Shown piece by piece: positions 13,100 to 25,659 of a DNA stretch of 64,000 nt. Both the position numbers and the translations under genes were made by a program. Source of the DNA: Vicugna vicugna (Eukaryota); contig MU062962.1 in assembly GCA_013265495.1 (NCBI GenBank), positions 2,291,223 to 2,355,222 of the forward strand, written 5' to 3'. Within the stretch, counting starts at the first letter, position 1. Each line of letters starts with the position of its first letter. Under the pieces are notes generated by a model that saw only the letters and a program-made list of their open reading frames with translations, had not been told where the DNA came from and did no database searches.

Positions 13100-13270
13100 A
13101 AAAGCACCTGGGTATACGCATTAAAATACAGAATTCTAGCCCATCTCAGAGTCACTGAGTCAGAATCTTTATAGGTAGGCATCACAAATCTGCATTTTGA
13201 CAAGCTTCTCTAGAGCTGCTTATGTCTAACACTAAGATATGTCTCTCAAATGTTAGTACCACTTTGTTAG
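13100..13270. mobile_element. hAT-Charlie MITE, MER5-like
   Basis: cactgagtcagaatct..aaatctgcattttgacaagcttc is the MER5 core. Confidence 0.6.
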
Positions 13271-13999
13271 GACTAAGGACCATTTATTCCCATCTGAACT
13301 CACTGATCACTTTAAATACATCAGAAATCTTCAATATTATCTTTATTAATAGTTATGATGAGTTATTATATTCCTGAAAAAGACATTAACCAAATTTCTT
13401 CCATATGGTTTCTGTCACAATTTGTCACCAAATGTAAAAATCCAGCCCCATCAAGGAGTCTCAGGAAAGGCAAACTCTTTTTGAAATTAACTTCCTTGAT
13501 CTTTTAACAAGTCTCTCCTGTCCATCGAATCTAGCAACAGAATAACTGCAATTACTACCAATACTTACTGATCAATCACTCTGTGTTCTGTCTGTCAAAT
13601 CTGTAATAATGATAATAGTAGTCCCAAAACTTCAGTGTTTACTACATGCCTGGCACTGTTCAAAGTTTCTCTCATGATTAGCTCATCCAAATTCTAAATA
13701 TACATATGTATATATTTGAGAGAATGACTCTCTCAAATCTCTCTCTATATATATATATATTATCCACAATCCCAAAAAAGGGCAGAAAAATTGTACCCTG
13801 TATTATCTGAGGTGTTGGTGCCCACTTACAGACCTTGTCATATAAGTATATGATGCTAAAGCTAATGCTTTGATATTGTTTTTTTAAAATGGGAGAAAAC
13901 AAAAAATACCTTTTGATTGCTTGTGGTGTTCCTGGAACTTTAGCATTTTTTTTCAGTAAAACATCACAACTATGTATGAATAGATTTTATTATCCCCAT

Positions 14000-14385
14000 T
14001 TTGATAAGTTTATTGAGGCACTGACATATAATAAGCTACACTTAAAGTGTACAATTTAATAGGTCTTGATATATGTATACACCCACAAAACCATCAGCTA
14101 CAAAAGTTTCCTTGTGCCCTCTGTAATCCTCCCTCCACCCTTCTCCAGTTGATTGTCCCCAGAAAACCACTGGTCTGCTTTCTGATGCTACAGAGTAGTG
14201 TACACTTTCTAGAATTTAAATAGATCATAAATATAATCATAAAATTATACTTTACATAAGTAAGATCATATAGTGAGTAATCGTGATGCCTGCCATCCTA
14301 TACTCAGTATGATTATTTTGAGATTCATCCATGTTATTCCATCTGTCAATACTTCATTCCTTTTCACTGCTGATTACTGTCCTCA
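14000..14385 (-). mobile_element. L1 3' end (L1MB/MC-type)
   Basis: aagtttattgagg..ttaaagtgtacaatttaata..aaaagtttccttgtgccctctgtaatcc..gattattttgagattcatccatgttatt. Confidence 0.85.
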
Positions 14386-15137
14386 TTAGCCCTCACTGTA
14401 TAAATAAGAAAACTATGAAAATAAGCAACTTGTCTAAGACCGCACAGTAAAGGACTAGATCAGAATGTAAGTCTGTCCAACACAAAAGCCCCAGATTTTC
14501 CCCCTAAAAATTCTGCTTCTTTTTTTATTTTTAACTGAGAAGTATTCTACATACATGTTCAGAATGGAAGAGATATAGACCTCAGAGTGACTAGAATATA
14601 GTGATCACACCAAAAAAATCATTGCTGGATGACTGGAGACGATGTCAACTGTCCTACCCACCCACCCCCATCACACCTGCTCCCAGAAGTACCACCCCAA
14701 CCATTAGGCTTCCCATTACTAAGTCATTCACCCCAGTAAGACCCCCAGGATCCTGGCTGCCAAGGTACATGGAGATCACCATGCACAGGGCCTAAGCTCT
14801 AGCTAGAGTCGCATCTTATAGGCCAAAAGGGACAGGAGTATGTGGGACAGATGATGGGAGGTGGTCAGACTTATAGCAGGTAGGGAGGCATGCAAAGAAT
14901 TATGAAGAGTTCATTAAACTGGGTCACTTATGGGACTTCCCTTGCTAAACAGACTTTTTAGTAGACAGGGAAGAGGAAGTAACAAGGAGAAAGTGGAAAA
15001 GGCAAGGTGGACTATCCTTGCCAATGCCCCAACTGCTAATTTGGTGATCTCAGGTATACATGATCCTTGGAATATAAAAACTTAACAGACCGTATTTTTC
15101 CATAATCTTCAACCTACTTTTGAAGATGAATTAAAAC

Positions 15138-15338
15138 AATAATAACAACAATAACTAGTATGGTAATAGACTGCTTGCTATGTGCCAGGCACCAATCAAG
15201 AGAATCCATTTCCATTTTACTAACTGTGAAATTAATTATCAGAAAATATAAATGCCTCATCCAAAGTCACACAGCCAGAGAGACTGAATTATATATAGAC
15301 TTCAAACCTCTAAGTCTCAGTCCAGTGCTCTTCCCATG
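15138..15338 (-). mobile_element. MIR SINE
   Basis: ctatgtgccaggcac..ccaaagtcacacagc. Confidence 0.7.
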
Positions 15339-15834
15339 ACTCACAAGGATTCCAGGCTGCCCTGCACCCAAACCCCACCACACACTTCACCATCATTAGT
15401 CCCATCACAGGCTCAACCTCGAGTGTAGGTTGACTTAGGTCCTTCACTTTCAGACCCTTGACACCTTCTCTTACCCCAGCAGCACGTCATTCTGTGTTCC
15501 CTGCCCTCAAAATACTGTTCAACACTAGAGTCAACTTAAAAGATACTCCAGTAAACCAATCCTGTACCAAAGGGTTAATGATTGTAATGTTATGTTCTTC
15601 TCTGGCACCAATTGGGGCTTAAAAATACAGTGCCTAAATGAGTAATGGGAAAGATGGGCAGGACTGTGATGTTGAGATTTTCCAAGTCTGGTCTTCATAC
15701 ATGTGAATGTCATAAATTTACAGACTCTAATTCCAGGCAAAGTAAACCACTATTCCTCTTTTGGAGGGTCCAACGTGGACTAAAATGACCTTTTGCCTGG
15801 GGAAGGAAGAAGGGAAATAGTAACCATAATAGTA

Positions 15835-16270
15835 AATGATAATAATAACATGAGTCAGCATTTACTGCCTACTATATATTTGGGTATTTTTATCAGTATC
15901 ATCTCAATTAATCCACAATCCCATTAAACAGGTGCTATTGTTAGTCCCATTTACAGATGAGGAAACAGAGAGAGAGAGAGAGAGACATCAGGTAATTTGG
16001 GAATTAATGGCTGGTCTTTCAAACTCCACTACACTCATTCCTAACCAGTTCACAGATGTCCACAGCTGTCGTTCATTAAACACCTATTTTGTACCTGGCA
16101 CTGTGCGAACCTTAAGCATATTAATAACTGAAACTGCACACTCATCCTCTGAGGTGGTATTACAGATGAGACCCATTTCATAGATGAGACCCAGGCAGGA
16201 AAGAAAGGAAACTGACTTAAGTGTAAAGCTGGAACCGAGCACAGGCAGTCAGCCCTGAGAGCCTACACTC
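15835..16270 (-). mobile_element. Two tandem MIR SINEs
   Basis: cccatttacagatgaggaaacagag (~15945-15970), then cctggcactgtgc..cccatttcatagatgag..gactt (16095-16220). Confidence 0.75.
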
Positions 16271-16339
16271 CCAACCAGGATGGCCGATTTCCATTTGAAC
16301 CTAGGTCTTTTCCTAGGCCTTAAGGCTTTCGGTTCTGGG

Positions 16340-17000
16340 AGCCAAGCGAACAAAGCACAGCCTCCGAGTAGCAAGTCGGAGACTGAAGACGCGTTACCTC
16401 TTCAGACCACCTGGGGGCGCCGACCGCCCTGGGCTGGAGAGAACGGCGAGAAACCCGGCTCGGCCACACGCTGCGCGGCTCCGGTCTAGCCCGCCCCATC
16501 CCACAGCAGCCAACCAGAAGCTCTGTGACTGCGCAGCGCTCACCGCGGGAACAGCCGGGAAGAACGACCGGATAATTCTCTTGAGGGGCATTGACGGACA
16601 CTTGATGGAACGTCTCCACAGGAGTCTGTAGCGGGTACAGAGGGCTCCAGACATTTTTACCTGAAAAATTCTCTAGGTGAAGAGTCTCTGCCCAGCCCGC
16701 GTACGACGGAGAAGGCGGTAACCAATCCGGATAGTCCTCTTACGTGTCCACCAATCATCGTTCTACTTTCCAGGCGGTCCCTTACCCTTCAGCCTATCAG
16801 GAGCGCAGTTTGCCGCTTGCCGGTCACGTGGGCCAAGTCGAGGCCGGACTCCTCGTGGACCCAGCCGCGAGCGGAGGCTGAACCCGGCCCCTGCTAGAAT
16901 GTTCGCTTCTGTAGGTTGGGACTCTGCGAAAGACAGCGGCAGCTAGGATTTTGCCGGCGCTGCAATGGGCAGCGGACTGGGTTCTGACCCAGAACTTTAC
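16340..17000. promoter_or_regulatory. CpG island and probable bidirectional, TATA-less promoter
   Basis: Dense CpG against a CpG-depleted background. CCAAT at 16722-16726 and 16751-16755, variant CCTATCAG at 16793-16800, E-box GTCACGTG at 16823-16830. Splice donors face outward on both strands (minus 16785 and 16543; plus 16911). Confidence 0.85.
16407..16420 (+). promoter_or_regulatory. CTCF-like motif
   Basis: CCACCTGGGGGCGC against consensus CCASYAGRKGGCRS, one mismatch. Confidence 0.65.
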
Positions 17001-17199
17001 ATTGGGGCCACAGTTACTCTTTCCCAGGGCTTTCCACGTGCTCTAATTTCGCTCACCTCCTCCTGCTAGGATCCCACACAAAGTCTTCACATCTCCTTGC
17101 GGGGACTGGTCCGCTCTGAGCGCCTTTGGAACTTTGTAAATACCACACTGCAGCATTTATTGCACTGCTTTATTTATTACTCCCACATTGGACTGGGGT

Positions 17200-17390
17200 C
17201 GAGACCGTATTTTAAACATCTTTGCATTGAGCAAGTTATTTAAACTCTCTCTGCAGCGCTTTTACCAACTGAAAAACGGGGACAATAGTACCTCCTGCCA
17301 AAAATGTGTGCATTAAATTAATGCTTGTGAAGCACTTAGAAGCGTATCTTGCACACAGCAAATGCTGAGCAAATGTTGGCTTCTATTACT
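17200..17390 (+). mobile_element. MIR SINE
   Basis: gcaagttatttaaactctct..aaacggggacaatagtacc..agcacttagaa. Confidence 0.75.
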
Positions 17391-17509
17391 CCTTTGCCTG
17401 GCACAAGTCTGTAATAAGTTTTCAATGGTGTTTAGAATCAGTTTCACATACTTATTATTGGAAGCTTAAATCTTGGCTTCCTCAAAACTGCTGCACGAAG
17501 AGGATGGTA

Positions 17510-17596
17510 AAATATATATAAGAAATGTATATTTATATTTTTATATTTATATACATTTTTCATATATAGAGTTATAGTTGTATATATAGTTATAGT

Positions 17597-17625
<29 letters not shown>
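17510..17625. repeat. AT-rich low-complexity / (TA)n tract ending in poly-T
   Basis: Seen directly. Confidence 0.9.
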
Positions 17626-17628
<3 letters not shown>

Positions 17629-17671
17629 TATGAATGTGTCCAAGGTGCTTCAACATGTTACCGCTACTGAC

Positions 17672-17865
17672 AACAGCTCTCTGGAGTCAGAACCTGGGTT
17701 CAAGTTATGACTAACTTGCTAACTGAATGACCATGGAAATTACCTTTAAAATTCTTTAGTTCCTCAACTGAAGTAGGGATGATAATAATACCTATTTCAT
17801 AGGGTTGTAATGCACGCAGGTAATGATGAGAAGTGCTGAGAACAGTGTCTGTCCTATAATAAACT
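17672..17865 (+). mobile_element. MIR SINE
   Basis: ctctggagtcagaacctgggttcaag..gggatgataataatacctatttcatagggttgta. Confidence 0.8.
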
Positions 17866-19269
17866 CTCAGTTTTCTCCTTCCTTATTCCAATTTCACTTT
17901 GCGAACAAGGGCAAGAATGTAATGGCACAGTATAGTTTCTTATCCTGTACCTTCCACTTGTCCCCTGCTTTAACTTTTGCAAAGCGTTTTCATATATGAT
18001 CTCATTTAACACTCACAACAACCCTGTGATGGTCAGGGCAGTTACTGGTTTGCTAGAATCCCAAAGCACCTTTTTGGTACACTTTCATACATGTGCATTT
18101 GGAAGAAAGTTATTTTCTATTATGTTTTTTAATTTAGCCTACAACTTGTTTTCTTCATTTTACAGTACATCTGATTTTTTATGTCTATATCTCTATTTCT
18201 TTTTAATTACTGCACAGTCTTTCATACCTGAATTCATTTAACCATTCCCTCCTCCTACATTCTAGTTCTTAAAGCCCAATTCTGCTGAGTCTCCCTCCAG
18301 GCCCAAGGCTTTGATTACTGAGACTCTGAGTAGTCTCCAGGCCCAAAGACTCACATCACCAGGAAGTGAAATCCTTGTGATCAAGAGTATCCACCTGGCT
18401 CCAGATTTCTCCCAGACCACAAGCCCAAAGCTCCAGCAACCTGTGGGAGGAGTGTCCTTCCTCCCAGGGAGGAAGGAGTTGGGAGAGGATGCCCACATAG
18501 GACTGGAAAGGGCTGAGGACTTTGCCCTTCAGCAGTATTGCCAGAGGGGCTCTCTCAGACAGCCCCTCCCCAAAGCTAAGGGTTCCTCAGCACCTCTGCC
18601 CTTGTATCTACCCCATCCCTCACACACTTTGCCCCCGAAGAACTTATTCAACTGTAACCTCTCCCCCCACACTCCAGAAAAGACACACTGTCCTATTGTC
18701 AGATGCACTGTTATCCCATTAAAGCTTCCCAGAAATCCTGGCAGAGCTCCCCCCGCAGCTTTGTCTAAGGGCTCAGGCTCAGCCAGGAGATAGAAGGAGA
18801 CCAAGAAGGTCAGGGGCACCCACCACGACACAGGGGACCCTGAGACACCTGGCTCTAACATGTAGCTCTGCAGCCAAGAATGCTGCTTACCTTCCCTGAA
18901 CCTCAGTTTCTTCATTTGTCAAATAGAAACAGTGGAAGGGCAGTGAGAATCTGAGATACGTACATGGAGGGAGCAGGCACGCAAACATCATCTGCAAAGC
19001 TGTCAGGGAATTAGGAGAGGGAGAGGCCAAGACTGCGTCTTCCTCCTGGGGATGGATGGAGATGCTCCTGGAGCACAGCTCAGCACGGGAGCCCCTCTCT
19101 CCCCTCCTGGAAGAAGCGGAGGAGCAGGATTGTGTCTCAGGGTTATGTGGATGCTATTGCTTTAGGCTGTTGCCAAGTCTCAGCCCTTATAAAGTGCCCT
19201 CTCCTCAGCTCCTGCAAGACGCTCTACATCAATAGAACCAGTCTCACACAGGGCACCGGTTATTTTCTG

Positions 19270-19740
19270 CTTTACTACACCCTCCAGCCCCCTTTCTTCC
19301 TTAGTAACAGAACCCTGATTGAGACCTGGGATCATTGCCTTTGGGAATAAAACTACATTTCCCAGACTCCTTTGCAACTAGCTTTCTGGTCAATGAGAGG
19401 TAAGAGACAGTTCTGTGTGGGACTTCCTGGGAGGCACAGTGAAGGCAGCCCCGGCCCCCTTTTCCCTTCTCCCCTTTTCCCTTCCCCCTTTCCCTCTTCC
19501 TCAGTCCTGCTTCCTGGGAGTGAGGTGACTTTTACTGAGGATGGCGGCCACAAGCTAGGATGATGGGGCAGAAATATTAAAGGAGCTTAATCTTGATAAC
19601 CATGGGCCTTGAACTGCCTTCCTCCAGACTTCTTTGATGTGAGAAAATAAAACCCTTATGTTTATAAGCCACTGCCATCTTGAGTTTCCTGTTATACATA
19701 GCCTGTTAGAACATAGCCTGTTCTAATTCTTAACTGACCA
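19270..19740 (+). mobile_element. MaLR solo LTR, MLT1J/K-like, with an internal polypyrimidine tract
   Basis: ttcttccttagtaacagaaccctgatt..actacatttcccagactcctttgcaactag..gtgagaaaataaaaccctt..tttataagccactg. Confidence 0.75.
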
Positions 19741-20329
19741 GTCTCTCTTCTGCAAGGTTTAGAAGTTGGTGGAAGGAGAGTGGCTTATATCCCACTGATT
19801 TTTTTTTTCTTTTGTTGTAAAGAACAAAGCAGAGAAATTAAACTCTGTTATTGGTTCAACTGCCTTAACTTTAGACATCTAATTTAGAACATTCTGATAA
19901 CTGGGTTAGGTTGACCGGCTCAAAATTAGCCTTGGACTAGTGAAATATTTTGGTCCAAAACATACAATAGACCCTGTATCTAAACTACACATTAGCGTGA
20001 GCTTGACATTTGAGTTTCATGTAGAAAGAAAACATAATATTCTGCAGAAAAAGATCCTCAATACACAAGCACACTGCCATGTTTTTGTTGGTGTTTAAAT
20101 TCGAGCTCCAAACTGAACTCAAAGTAACAGCTTCTTTGGAACAGAATCCAGCCATAATAGTGGTCTCCCAGGAATGTTCAAGCATTCAACAGTTAACTTC
20201 TGGCTCAAAGCCTTCGAAACTTCCAACCCTGGTTCTCCTCCAGAGGGATTCTGCAGGCCCCTCTCTTAGCAAAACTTTTGCAACCCTGCCCTCTGGGAGA
20301 CATCGTGGGAGGGAACACTTGTTCCAGAG

Positions 20330-20516
20330 CAATGGTTCTCAAATGTCAGAGGGCCTCAGAATTACCTGGAGGGCTTGTTAAAATTCACATTGGTCTCCAA
20401 ACCAAGAAGATCTGATTCAGTAGAACTGAATGGGGACCCAAATAGTTGAAGCTTTAATATATTCTTCAGTGATGTTAACCGGCCTCCGGTCCAGGGACAC
20501 ATTTTGAGAACCACTG
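20330..20516 (+). mobile_element. hAT-Charlie MITE, MER5A, full length
   Basis: TIRs caatggttctcaaa / tttgagaaccactg match at 13 of 14 positions. Flanks ttccagag / tcctagac resemble the NTCTAGAN hAT target. Confidence 0.88.
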
Positions 20517-21639
20517 TCCTAGACAAAGGTAGTTCTTCAGGCTACTTCTTTCAGATCTTTGGGGAATTTCCTGCATTGTATTCAGAGGAGGCTGGAGTTG
20601 GTGGTAACCTCTGCATAGCTGCCCTGGAAACCTGTCAGCCAGGAACTCTGTCTGCCTCCGCGCCCCAGGGCTCCGCTCAGGCCCCCCTGGGGAGTGTTCC
20701 TTCCCCCTGGGCCACTGAGCCAGGGAGCTTCAGAGGCTCTTCCTCCGTGGAGTTCCCTTTAACGGTGTGGGGGGTTGGGTGGAATTGGATAACTTAGTTT
20801 TCTTTAATGCCTTAATACGTTAAAAACATGTATGTTTGGTTTTGTAATGAAAAGACAAAAAGAGAAATGTTAAAGAATATAGACTCATTTGGAACTGTTT
20901 GCTAGTCACATTTATGGGAAAGTTACTGTGTTCCAGATCTGATATTAAATGCTCATGTAACGGCTGTTACCGTATTTCAACTCTAAACAGGCTTAGAGAA
21001 GTTAAGTAACTTCTGCCCAATGTGCCGCAGCTAGTCAGTGCCAGAGCAGGGTTTCAGGGCCACATCTACGCACATCCGAAGCCTGATCCTTAATGCTTAG
21101 GCAATGCTGTGGCTTAAAAATGCTGCCAATTTTCTAATGCCACTAGGACATGCACTGTCAACATAGGTGATGCGACCCCCAAACGGAGCAAACATTGGTT
21201 CTTAGGGGAAGGAGAAGTGGGGAGACAAAAGAACCTTATTCTTTTTGTATATAAAGCACAGATTCACATATAGTGCCTAATGGCTATGCGGTATATCTGT
21301 AGTAGTACATTTTATGGGGGAGGGGTAATTAGGGAAAAATAACCTAAGAAGTCTCCTTACAAGGACAGTAATGAAAATAAAGTCAAGAAACACTGCAAGG
21401 ACATTTTGGCAAAGAGCCCATTCGCTGAGAAAGTTAGTTCTGTCTTACACAACTTTCAAAGTTTTCTCATGGAGCAGAGAACGAACAAAACATCTGACAT
21501 TTATTGCTGAAAGCTTTTTAGTCATTATGCCATCTGGTCCTTCCAAGAACCTCTTGATGTAGTCATTAAAGAAGATATTTACTGTCCACACCTAATAGAT
21601 GAAGGAGTTAGACTTTGGAGATTAAAAAAAAAAAACACC

Positions 21640-22080
21640 TAGATTTAATACCAAACAAAACTTTCCTTCTAGAGTAAAGTGAAATAAAGAAAAGTGTAGT
21701 CAAAGCAAAGCAGAATTGTTAGCAACAGACCCTCAAGATGAAAACTTAAACATCTGAGATGCAAGAAGGGATGAAGAAAGCAAACAGAGTTGTTAACATG
21801 TGAACAAATCCATACAAACACTAATATATAAAACAACAGTTGTAATGTCTAATTTAGGGGTTTCTAAACATATGACAAAACTAAGATGTTAGACAGCAAA
21901 AGCATATAGCTCAGGAGGGAAGATTGGAGTTAGAGCACGTTCAAGTCCTTGAGTTGTTTGGGGAGAAGAGTACAAATACTAATGGGAGAATTTAAGTTAC
22001 ACATGCATGCTAAATTTCCAAGTTAATACGAGAATAAACATTGAGTGTTAAAACCAATCAGAGGAATGAGGAACAAACCC
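21640..22080 (+). mobile_element. Old L1 fragment (end of ORF1 / inter-ORF region)
   Basis: gcagaattgttagcaacagaccc..gatgcaagaagggatgaagaaagcaaa. Confidence 0.55.
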
Positions 22081-22159
22081 TATGCTGTCTCATCACAAAT
22101 GTTAATGATCACTGAAAAAATATCAGGGTCTTGATATTTACTTAAAATCATCATCTTTG

Positions 22160-22654
22160 TGACTGGATAAAGAAGTTGTGGTATATTTATACAATGGAAT
22201 ACTACTCGGCCATGAAAAATAATAAAATAACGCCATTTGTAGCAACATGAATGGCCCTGGAGAATGTCTTTCTAAGTGAAGTAAGCCATAAAAAGCAAGG
22301 AAAATACTGTATGATATCACTCACATGTGGAATCTAAAAAAAAAAAAGATGAACTAATTTATAAAACAGAAACAGACTCACAGACATGGAAAACAAACTT
22401 ATGGTTACCAGAGGGGAAGAGGATGGGAAGGGGTGGGAGTTTGAAATTTGCAGATACTGACTGGTATATATAAAACAGATAAACAAGTTTATATTGTATA
22501 GCACAGGGAACTAAATTTGATATCTTGTAGTAGCTTATGGTGAAAAAGAATAAAAAAACAAATATATGTATATTCATGTATGACTGAAGCCTTGTGCTGT
22601 ACACCAGAAATTGACACAACATTGTAAACTGACTATACTTCAATAAAAAAAAGT
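22160..22654 (+). mobile_element. 5'-truncated camelid L1 with 16-bp target-site duplication
   Basis: TSD aaaatcatcatctttg (22144-22159) / aaagtcatcatctttg (22655-22670). TT|AAAA endonuclease site at the left end. Contains the ORF2 end, 3' UTR and A-tail. Confidence 0.95.
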
Positions 22655-23699
22655 AAAGTCATCATCTTTGAATACAATCTTTTTTAATGCTGCTTAAAAT
22701 CAATTGCATAAGTTAAGCTTTTTATTACTGAAAATAAGAAAGTCTTTTTTTAATCTTATGACTCAAAAACTGCTTAGGACTTAAACATTGTTTTCTAAAG
22801 GGTGGTTTATAAAATTCTGTCTTCCTGAGATTCTAAGCCCCAAAGAAAAGGATTCATGGTCCACTGGTTTGAGGGTTGCTACGCACCCCCTCCTCACCTG
22901 GAGATTCACAAAACTTCAAGGCCCTAAGAAGACTTACACTTATAAGGAAACTCCTTGCCTTGGTCAACCCCAGTACTTTACAAGCATCCTACCCACCCCT
23001 CCTCTATGAAATGGAGTAACACTCCATGGGAACTTACTCAGGAAACATCTGGATTAAACTTCCTTGTTTGGGCTAGGTGGCTCAGACTGAGAATACACCA
23101 AAAACACAAAATGTGGACTTTGTTCTTTGGGATCATGGACAAAACTATTTTAGAAGGTTGAAACTTTGACCTCAAGCAATTTGGAACATAGTAATGTCAG
23201 CCACTTGCAAAACCTCACAGTTACATCCATTGGTACCCACACATAGCAAATACTGCCTCCGGGCCCCAATGTGTGCACACAGAATTGCTCTCCTGTAGTC
23301 CAGTCACTGCAGAGACAGCATGCCCACAGCCACAGGCTCACGCCTCCTGCCAGTTCAGCCCGCCAATAACCAGTGTCGGTCTTCACAGCTCATGTGTTCT
23401 CATTTCTCCACCACCTACCTACCACCTCCTTTCTCTCCAGTCTGGCTTTGGGAGTTTGAAAAGGGATGAGACTAAAGAGATTTCTGAGGAGACAGTCTCC
23501 TGGCTCCTCAGGGTAGAGTCCGTGGATGAAAGTAACCCAGGACAAGTCACTTCCTTTCCCTATCTGGGCCTCAGTTTCCTCCCTGGTCTATGGAAGGAGT
23601 GGTACCCTCTGAGCTCCCTCTGGTCTCCGATTGTGCATCTGTAGAATGAAGGGATGGAAGAAGATGATGCCTGCTTTTCGTCCAGCTCTGACATTTTCT

Positions 23700-23830
23700 G
23701 ATTTCAGAGACCACCCCACTTCACTCTCTCTCAGAGGAGGCAACTTTAGCCCAGAGAGGTAAAGCAACTTGCCCAAGGCCACACAGCTCATGAGTAGCAT
23801 AGTAGGGACTGGACCTGCCTTGGCCCTGAG
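23700..23830 (-). mobile_element. MIR SINE fragment
   Basis: gcccagagaggtaaagcaacttgcccaaggccacacagct. Confidence 0.8.
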
Positions 23831-25659
23831 TCCTAACTTGTGTGTGCATATGTCTGTGCATGTGCATTGTGTGCAGGTGTGAGAGTGGATGTATGTGGAT
23901 ACACAGCAAGGTGGCATATTCTGAAGTGTCTAGTTGGACTGTGATATTTCCAAAGGCTTCCATGCATGTGAGGGCGGCTATGCAGCCAGCCTTGGATGTG
24001 AGTGGGATGGGCAACCCTGGGGAGGTGAGGAAGCCTATAAAGGTCTCCCTTCTCCTCCCTAACCTCTCCTCCACCGCTCATGCGCCTTGCCTAGTCAGAT
24101 GTGGCCACCTCTAGCCACCTTGACCTCATGAGCAACTTTCTGCTCCCAGTTCAGAAACACCAGGCAGGGAGACAGTTGATCCTAAGGAGGATGGGAAGTG
24201 GTTTTTTCCCCAGGATCCAGTTGAGTTCCAGCCAGCCAGTGCTGCCACAACCTCCAAGTGGAGACAGAGTGATGCTTCCAGGACAAGACTGAGCCTGGAC
24301 TGGACTGCTGCCTCCATTTAAGAGTCCCCAGCCCCCCGGGGCCATCGCTTCCTCCAGCTGCTCACACATTCAAGTATTTACGTACCTTTGTGTGCTTGGC
24401 TATTGCGTGTGAGACCTCCAAATGGTTACTCCACAAGGTCCCCAGGGAGGAATCTGCCTGGAGAACAGCCAGATGCCGAATCCTGCCTGACCCAGCCCCA
24501 ACAATCAGCCTCTTGTTACCACATCCATGCTTTAACTCTGGCTTGATTGGCATAATCTTTAGGCTTAAATCTCACTGTCAAACTTGCTGGATTCTGTCTT
24601 CCTCGGTCTTCATCCCTCTGCAGCTCTGCCCTTGCATGCCTCTTAGCACTTCCTGATCAAGTCTTTTCCTCCCACAATCCACAGGAGCAAATTCCCCTCA
24701 GTGGTAGCTCCTGCAAGTCCTCCCACTTTGATCAAGTTCCCATGCCTCCTGACCCCCTTTTCTTAACTGTACCTGACACCTGGTCACCAGCTCAAAAGGC
24801 CACAATCCCCTACATTTCTCTTTTCAACTTCCAACCCTGCTGACATCAGCATCTCTAAAGCTTTCTATTGTCCTCACTGATGTAGAGATTATAAGTTAAC
24901 GCACACTATAAACTCAGTGGGAGGGATGTGTGAGTGTGAGTGTGTGTGTGTGTACACTAATGTTGGGGAGTGGGAAGTGTCACTAGCTCATCTGCTGCAA
25001 TGAGAAGACAGAATGTTGAGTATCTGCAAATTCTTAATTTCAATGTCAGTCTGATCTCTCCAGAAATGTCACTCCAGCCGTGGGAGGAAAATTCAGGGGC
25101 TCTGATCACATTAGCTCCTCCTCTCCCCAGTGGGTAGGTTGTGCCCATTGCCTGCCCTCATCCCCAGGAAGAGTTCCTTCCAGGTTCCTTGGCACCAGCC
25201 TCACCCCACAGTCAGACCCACCGTCATCTACACCCCAGAGTGAGGAGGAGGTCCGTCTCAGCCCCTGAGTGTGTGTCCCAGGGCAAAGGAACTGGAGTGA
25301 GTCATCTCTTGGGATCCCTCGGAGGTGGAAGGATGGCTGAGGAGGTGAGGGAGAGGCAGGGGGCTCAGCTGCACTGCTCCAGCTCTGCTGGTTGGGGAGG
25401 GAGGCTTTACAAGGCGTGGGTGGACAGTGTAAATTCACAGGAGAGAGAGATCGGAAGGCTGTGCCCCCACGGACTTCAACCTGACAGTCCAGCAGAATCC
25501 CTGTGAAGCTTGTAAACAATGAGGATGTGCTGAGGGAACCACAGACCAAGGAAACCGAAACTCCAGGTGGAAGATGAAGAATCTGTATAGAAGAAATCTC
25601 CCCAGGTGATTCAGATGCACAAGCAGCTTTTTTTTTTTTTAACACAAGCAGCATTTAAA

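Larger units (their letters stand above)
5508..16660 (-). ncRNA. Candidate spliced transcript (lncRNA or micropeptide mRNA) from the CpG island; exon structure inferred from splice motifs only
   Basis: Donor GCG|GTGAGC at 16544/16543. Acceptor cttgttgtactctcag|GTG at 12390. Small candidate exons 11917-11948, 9051-9091, 8741-8785, 8125-8155. Acceptor tttctcctttcttgcag|ACA at 5621. No long ORF or known protein recognised, and no expression evidence. Confidence 0.3.

Noticed and set aside
18311-18915. 160-aa plus and 128-aa minus ORFs near the CpG island
   Set aside because: Alternative start codons, no recognisable protein, overlapping antisense ORFs; consistent with chance.
23966-23976. 11-nt match to the 5' end of 7SK (ATGTGAGGGCG)
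   Set aside because: Similarity stops immediately on both sides; expected by chance.
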